A stretch of DNA of 63,661 bases, filler included. It is 10 parts of 10 records of this genome, joined end to end, with 100 filler letters (N's around TTAATTAATTAA, not from the genome) between each part and the next. Parts side by side here need not be neighbours in the genome. Positions count along the whole stretch, not along the records: positions 57,306 to 63,661 come from SRR31156797_61507; 9 more parts are not named here. One strand, 5' to 3'. The position numbers and the translations under genes were made by a program. Numbering within the stretch: position 1 is the first letter of the stretch; each line of letters begins with the position of its first letter. The notes under the pieces are model-generated. The model made no database searches. It worked only from the letters and a program-made list of their open reading frames with translations, and was not told where the DNA came from. Below are positions 58,645-63,661 of the stretch, one piece after another.

Positions 58645-58676
58645 AACGGCATGCTTTAATAGGGATGCCGTTTTTT
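58645..58676 (+). terminator. Intrinsic terminator after atpG
   Basis: AACGGCAT...ATGCCGTT followed by a T run. Confidence 0.75.
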
Positions 58677-58696
58677 GTTTATGTCTGTTTTAAGTG

Positions 58697-58704
58697 TATT
58701 TTTG
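58697..58704 (+). promoter_or_regulatory. Bacteroidota-type -7 promoter element (TAnnTTTG)
   Basis: TATTTTTG with an upstream TTTG, shortly before the MMPL ATG. Confidence 0.5.
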
Positions 58705-58721
58705 CCAAAAATATTAAGTAA

Positions 58722-61127
58722 ATGTGGGTTAGTGTAGCTAGAATTATTCTAAGAAATCGAATTGCGCTTTTGATTATTATTGCTCTTATTACAGGCTTTT
58801 TAGCCTGGAAAGGAAAAGATGCAAAAATGTCTTATGAATATGCTCAAATGCTACCTGATAGCGATACAACTAACCTTGAGTATGAGTATTTTAAAGAAAT
58901 TTTCGGAGAGGGGGCAAATGTTTTCGTTATTGGATTAAAAGACTCAAGCTTTTATCAACTTCAAAAATTCAATGATTGGCAGCGATTGAGTAATACTATT
59001 GAAAATACCTATGGTATTGATGAAGTACTCTCAGTTGGTAAGGCTGTTAATATAAAGGCAAATCATAGCAGCCGGGAATTTATTACACGAAAAGTCTTTC
59101 CGGATACCGTTAATTCCCAATATGAATTAGATAGCCTGGCAGAGGTCCTTCATAATCTGCCATTTTATAAAAATTTGCTTTATACAGATTCTTCAAACAC
59201 ATACTTACTTGCTATTTCTCTTGATAAAGAAGTTTTAAATACTAAAGAAAGACTTGATGTTGTTGATTCTATACATCATTTAGCAAATCAATTTGCTGAA
59301 AAATATGAGGTCAGTCTTGAATATTCAGGCTTGCCTTATGTTCGGACAGAGGTCAGTAAAAAGATTAAGGCTGAATTAGCCATGTTTATGGTGCTCGCAT
59401 TTATTGTAACGGCCATTATTCTGTATCTGTTTTTCCGGTCATTAAAAGTTGTTTTCTTTTCATTACTCGTTGTTGCAATTGGTGCTGTTTGGTCATTTGG
59501 GCTTCTTAAGCTATTTGGTTTTGAGATAACCATTCTCACTGGAATGATTCCTCCTTTGCTGATTGTAATTGGGGTTCCAAATAGTATTTTCTTACTTAAT
59601 AAATATCATGCCGAGTATAAAAAGCATGGTAACAAAATTAAAGCACTTCAGCGAGTTATTCATAAGGTAGGAAATGCCATATTTTTGACAAATCTTACTA
59701 CAGCATCTGGTTTTGCTACTTTTATTCTTACCTCAAGTGAAATACTTGTAGAGTTTGGTATTTTGGCATCAATAAATATAATTGGGGTATTCTTGTTGGC
59801 AATTACCATGATTCCGATCATTTTTAGTTTCTTGCCACCTCCACGCCGCAAACATATTAAGCATTTGGATAACAAACTTGTAAATAAGTTTATCAATGCC
59901 CTGGTAAATATTACAGTAAATCACCGTCCTAAGGTTTACTATACTGCTGCAGTTGTTTTGGTTGTTATTGGGGTGGGTATCACGCAGATGCATACAACTG
60001 GATACATGATTGATGATATTCCGCATGATGACCCATTATATCGAGATTTAGAGTTTTTTCAGGATGAGATGGGAGGTGTTATTCCGTTTGAGATAATGAT
60101 TGATACCAGAGAGAAAAACGGAGTTTTTGATTTGGAAACCTTGCGTAGAATTGATACACTTCAAACTCGACTTGACAGTTATCATGAATTTAGTAAATCA
60201 ATGTCTATTGCTGATGCAGCAAAGTTTTTAAGACAAGCATACAGAGGTGGAAGTGAAAAAAGATATAAACTTCCAGTGGAAAGAGAACGGGTTAGAATTG
60301 CCCGATATATTGATGATGCCGAACAAAGCGATAGCTTAATAAATACTTTCGTTGACACTGCACATCAAATTACCCGGATAAGTATGAATGTGAAAGACAT
60401 TGGAACTAAAGGTATGGAGAAGCTTAAAGCTGATGTTAGAAAGGAAGTTGATAGTATTTTTTCTCCTGATCAATATGATGTAATTATTACCGGATCAAGC
60501 ATAATTTATTCCAAGGGAACAAGATATTTAATACGTAATTTATTTGTATCGCTGGCTATAGCAGTTGTTTTAATTGCCATTTTTATGTCATTTATGTTTT
60601 ATAGCTGGCGAATGGTAGTTATATCATTAATTCCCAACTTCATACCTTTGCTGCTTACTGCGGCAATTATGGGGTATTTTGGTATTCCAATAAAAGTAAG
60701 CACAATATTAATATTTAGTATTGCTTTTGGTATTTCAGTGGATGACACAATTCACTTTTTAGCCAAATATCGACAGGAATTAAGCATCAATGATTGGAAT
60801 ATTTCAAAATCTGTTACTGCAGCAATTAAAGAAACTGGTGTGAGTATGATGTACACCAGTATAGTTTTATTCTTTGGATTTTCTATATTCTCAGTTTCTG
60901 AGTTTGGCGGAACACAAGCATTAGGGATACTTGTTTCACTTACTTTATTGTTTGCTATGTTTTCCAACTTAATAATTCTTCCAACCCTATTAATGACGCT
61001 CGAAAAAATGATTACTACACGTGCATTCAGGGAGCCATTTATACATTATTATGAAGAAGATGAAGAAATAGAACTTGAAGACTTAAAAATTGAAAGTCGT
61101 CAAATAACTGAAAATCCCGTCAAATAA
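58722..61127 (+). CDS. MMPL/RND-family transporter
   Basis: Two repeats of periplasmic domain plus TM bundle; GISVDDTIHFL motif. Confidence 0.88.
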   Translation: MWVSVARIILRNRIALLIIIALITGFLAWKGKDAKMSYEYAQMLPDSDTTNLEYEYFKEIFGEGANVFVIGLKDSSFYQLQKFNDWQRLSNTIENTYGIDEVLSVGKAVNIKANHSSREFITRKVFPDTVNSQYELDSLAEVLHNLPFYKNLLYTDSSNTYLLAISLDKEVLNTKERLDVVDSIHHLANQFAEKYEVSLEYSGLPYVRTEVSKKIKAELAMFMVLAFIVTAIILYLFFRSLKVVFFSLLVVAIGAVWSFGLLKLFGFEITILTGMIPPLLIVIGVPNSIFLLNKYHAEYKKHGNKIKALQRVIHKVGNAIFLTNLTTASGFATFILTSSEILVEFGILASINIIGVFLLAITMIPIIFSFLPPPRRKHIKHLDNKLVNKFINALVNITVNHRPKVYYTAAVVLVVIGVGITQMHTTGYMIDDIPHDDPLYRDLEFFQDEMGGVIPFEIMIDTREKNGVFDLETLRRIDTLQTRLDSYHEFSKSMSIADAAKFLRQAYRGGSEKRYKLPVERERVRIARYIDDAEQSDSLINTFVDTAHQITRISMNVKDIGTKGMEKLKADVRKEVDSIFSPDQYDVIITGSSIIYSKGTRYLIRNLFVSLAIAVVLIAIFMSFMFYSWRMVVISLIPNFIPLLLTAAIMGYFGIPIKVSTILIFSIAFGISVDDTIHFLAKYRQELSINDWNISKSVTAAIKETGVSMMYTSIVLFFGFSIFSVSEFGGTQALGILVSLTLLFAMFSNLIILPTLLMTLEKMITTRAFREPFIHYYEEDEEIELEDLKIESRQITENPVK

Positions 61128-61234
61128 CTGTTGCTTTTCATTTGGGAATTATTTACTTTCGGTATATTAATCGATATTGTTAAAATAGTCTAAGATATTA
61201 TTCAACTAGAATATTGTTGTGAAAAAAATTGTCT

Positions 61235-62179
61235 ATGAATAAAATACTAATTACAGGGGGAGCTGGATTTGTTGGAAGTGCATTGGCTGAAAAGCTGATT
61301 GCAGATGAAGATAACTTTGTGGTTATTGTTGACGATCTTTCAACTGGAGATACAGGAAAATTACCAAGTCCGGTCAGAAAAAACTGGAAGTTTATCAAAT
61401 GTGATGTGAATGAATATCGAGATATATCTGAGATAATGCTTGGGTTTAAATTCGATTATGTATTTCACTATGCTGCTGTTGTAGGTGTGCAACGTACTCA
61501 GGCTTTTCCTGTTAAAGTGCTCAAAGATATTGATGGAATTAAGAACATTCTGGATTTATCAAAAAATACAGGTGTTAAACGAGTTTTCTTTTCATCATCA
61601 TCGGAAATTTATGGAGAACCGGTTGAAATTCCTCAAAATGTATACACCACTCCGCTAAATTCCAGATTACCATATGCTATTGTAAAAAATGTCGGAGAAG
61701 CATTTTGTAGAAGTTATTGCAAAGAGTATGGTTTGAATTATACAATTTTTCGTTTTTTCAACACTTATGGCCCAAAGCAATCCATTGATTTTGTGATTAG
61801 TAAGTTTTTAATTAGTGCTTTTAAAAATGAAGATATTACAATTTATGGTGATGGTAATCAAACAAGAACTTTTTGCTATGTAGATGATAATGTAGATACC
61901 ACTTTAAAAGCGTTTTACGAAGATAAGGTTGTGAATGATGTAATAAATATTGGTGGTAGCCGTGAAATTACAATTAATGAATTAGCTGAAACTATAATTG
62001 AACTTACGGGAAGTGATTCTAAAATTAAGTATTTGCCCCCTTTGAAAGAAGGAGATATGAAACGCAGAAGACCAGATAATACTGAAATGATAGCTATTCT
62101 TGACAGACAACTAATTCCTTTAAGAGAAGGACTTCAAAAAATATTGAATTTAGGTTTATACGAAAGCAAATTAAAATGA
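61235..62179 (+). CDS. NAD-dependent epimerase/dehydratase (nucleotide-sugar modifying SDR)
   Basis: ILITGGAGFVGS, SSSEIYG, YAIVK (YxxxK) and RFFNTYGP motifs. Confidence 0.9.
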   Translation: MNKILITGGAGFVGSALAEKLIADEDNFVVIVDDLSTGDTGKLPSPVRKNWKFIKCDVNEYRDISEIMLGFKFDYVFHYAAVVGVQRTQAFPVKVLKDIDGIKNILDLSKNTGVKRVFFSSSSEIYGEPVEIPQNVYTTPLNSRLPYAIVKNVGEAFCRSYCKEYGLNYTIFRFFNTYGPKQSIDFVISKFLISAFKNEDITIYGDGNQTRTFCYVDDNVDTTLKAFYEDKVVNDVINIGGSREITINELAETIIELTGSDSKIKYLPPLKEGDMKRRRPDNTEMIAILDRQLIPLREGLQKILNLGLYESKLK

Positions 62180-63153
62180 TACATAGTTTTGAAGAGCTGC
62201 AAACTCTTTTTAACAAAGAGTTGAGTGCCTACAGTCCTGCTGTGGAACCTAATAATCTGCAAGATCCTGTGACCTATACGTTAGGTATGGGTGGTAAAAG
62301 ACTAAGACCTGTTCTTTTGCTGATGGCAGCCGAAGCATTTGGTGGGAAAGCAGATCATGCCATGCCGGCAGCACTAGCCATTGAAATTTTCCATAATTCA
62401 ACTTTAATTCATGATGACATTATGGATGGGGCAGAGGTGAGAAGAAACCAGCCTGTAGTACACAAAGAATGGGATGTAAATACGGCTATTCTAAGCGGTG
62501 ATTTAATGATTATTAAGGCTTTTGAAGAATTATCTAAAACAGAAGCAGATAAGCTTAAGGATGTATTAAAGGTGTACAATAAAATTTCTGCTCAGGTATG
62601 CGAAGGCCAGCAGTATGATTTAAATTTTGAAACAGATGATCAGGTTACCATTCCGGATTATATGAAAATGATACGGTTAAAAACATCTGTTTTATTGGCA
62701 GGAGCATTACAAATTGGAGCTATAATTGGAGGAGCCTCAGCAGAAAATGCAAAAAATATGTATTGCTTTGGAGAAAACTTAGGGCTTGCTTTTCAGCTAC
62801 AGGACGATCTTTTAGACGCTTTTGGAAATTTAAAATCTTTTGGAAAAAAGATTGGAGGCGATATAGTTGCCAACAAAAAGACATTTTTACTGTTAAAAGC
62901 ATTGGAGATTGCTCAAGGGGCATATCGTGATGAGCTCAGTTCATTGATCAATAAAAAAGATTTAGATGAAGAGGAGAAGATTAATGGAGTTCTAAATATT
63001 TTTAACCAATTGAATATAAAAACAATAACCGAAGATTTTATGCTTCAGCATTTCAACAAAGCTTTTGATTACCTCGGTAAAATTGATATTCCCGAAGACC
63101 ATAAAAAATCTTTACAAGAAATCGCTGAAAAATTAATCGGTCGGAAAAGTTAG
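62176..63153 (+). CDS. Polyprenyl (geranylgeranyl/farnesyl) diphosphate synthase
   Basis: GGKRLRP, HDDIMD, EGQQYD and FQLQDDLLD motifs. Confidence 0.92.
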   Translation: MIHSFEELQTLFNKELSAYSPAVEPNNLQDPVTYTLGMGGKRLRPVLLLMAAEAFGGKADHAMPAALAIEIFHNSTLIHDDIMDGAEVRRNQPVVHKEWDVNTAILSGDLMIIKAFEELSKTEADKLKDVLKVYNKISAQVCEGQQYDLNFETDDQVTIPDYMKMIRLKTSVLLAGALQIGAIIGGASAENAKNMYCFGENLGLAFQLQDDLLDAFGNLKSFGKKIGGDIVANKKTFLLLKALEIAQGAYRDELSSLINKKDLDEEEKINGVLNIFNQLNIKTITEDFMLQHFNKAFDYLGKIDIPEDHKKSLQEIAEKLIGRKS

Positions 63154-63210
63154 TCTGATAATTAATTTTTATCTTTAAATACTCTTTATAAAACCGAAAA
63201 AAATTTATCC

Positions 63211-63661
63211 ATGGCTCAAAATATCGGTAAAATATCGCAAATAATCGGACCCGTTATCGACGTGGTTTTCGATCAGGAAGATTCAAAACTGCCTGAAATT
63301 TACGAATCATTAGAAATTGCCAGAGAAGGTGAAAACAATTTGGTATTAGAAGTACAGCAACATATCGGAGAAAATACTGTTAGAACCGTTGCAATGGACT
63401 CAACAGATGGTCTTCAAAGAGGCTTAGAGGTTGTTGCTACAGGTAGTCCGATTTTGATGCCGATAGGTGACGCTGTAAAAGGTCGTCTATTTAACGTTAC
63501 CGGCGATGCCATTGATGGTATTAAATCCGTTGACAAAACCAATGGTTATCCGATACACAAAAAAGCTCCGGAATTAAAAAACCTCTCCACAGAATCAGAA
63601 ATTCTTTTTACAGGAATTAAAGTAATTGATTTGATTGAGCCTTATGCAAAAGGAGGTAAAA
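63211..63661 (+). CDS. atpD: F0F1 ATP synthase beta subunit (N-terminal part, runs off the window; not in the ORF track)
   Basis: Manual translation [20 protein letters not shown]...[26 protein letters not shown]...[17 protein letters not shown]. Confidence 0.95.
   Translation, partial: MAQNIGKISQIIGPVIDVVFDQEDSKLPEIYESLEIAREGENNLVLEVQQHIGENTVRTVAMDSTDGLQRGLEVVATGSPILMPIGDAVKGRLFNVTGDAIDGIKSVDKTNGYPIHKKAPELKNLSTESEILFTGIKVIDLIEPYAKGGK

Noticed and set aside
61098-61130. 13-bp direct repeat CGTCAAATAACTG at the MMPL stop
   Set aside because: It has only two copies and no associated mobile element, so it is probably a small local duplication.

Overview
This window is not one genomic locus. 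It is ten unrelated contigs, probably metagenomic, joined by 100-nt N/TTAATTAATTAA spacers, and taxon assignments below are inferred from protein similarity and base composition. (1) 1-5503, Vibrio-like: engB, cytochrome c4, a CsrB/C-family sRNA, an Omp85-like barrel, a methyltransferase, yihI and DUF2489. (2) 5604-14256, Desulfobacterota-like: a methylated-amine/betaine cluster with a non-Pyl MttB, an AsnB-like amidotransferase, a SoxB-like FAD oxidoreductase, MarR and a betaine-type ABC importer. (3) 14357-22601, spirochaete-like: a sigma54 sugar-ABC locus whose histidine kinase is fused to an ABC-ATPase domain. (4) 22702-29645, alphaproteobacterial: glmU, gph, tRNA-Val(CAC), a B3/4 protein, a TRAP transporter and IclR. 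(5) 29746-35011: CheD-HDOD, CheR, HTH-REC and a Cache-HAMP-GAF sensor. (6) 35112-40645: a RAYT pseudogene with REPs, a hidden recoded HMA gene and glycogen genes. (7) 40746-46210, spirochaete-like: a 1365-aa Ig-repeat lipoprotein with a circularly permuted papain domain. (8) 46311-51397, spirochaete-like: glgC to secA. (9) 51498-57205, Phycisphaerae-like: LamG proteins, a prepilin, bacterioferritin and a sulfatase. (10) 57306-63661, Bacteroidota: atpA, atpG, MMPL, an epimerase, a polyprenyl synthase and atpD. The three top observations are as follows. First, an ORF absent from the track (36050-36328) encodes a heavy-metal-associated domain with TGA at both Cys positions of GMTCxxC (candidate UxxU di-selenoprotein), a SECIS-like hairpin and a further in-frame TAG, and it is translationally coupled to glgA. 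Second, there is an ABC-NBD-PAS-histidine kinase fusion. Third, there is a circularly permuted C1A protease.
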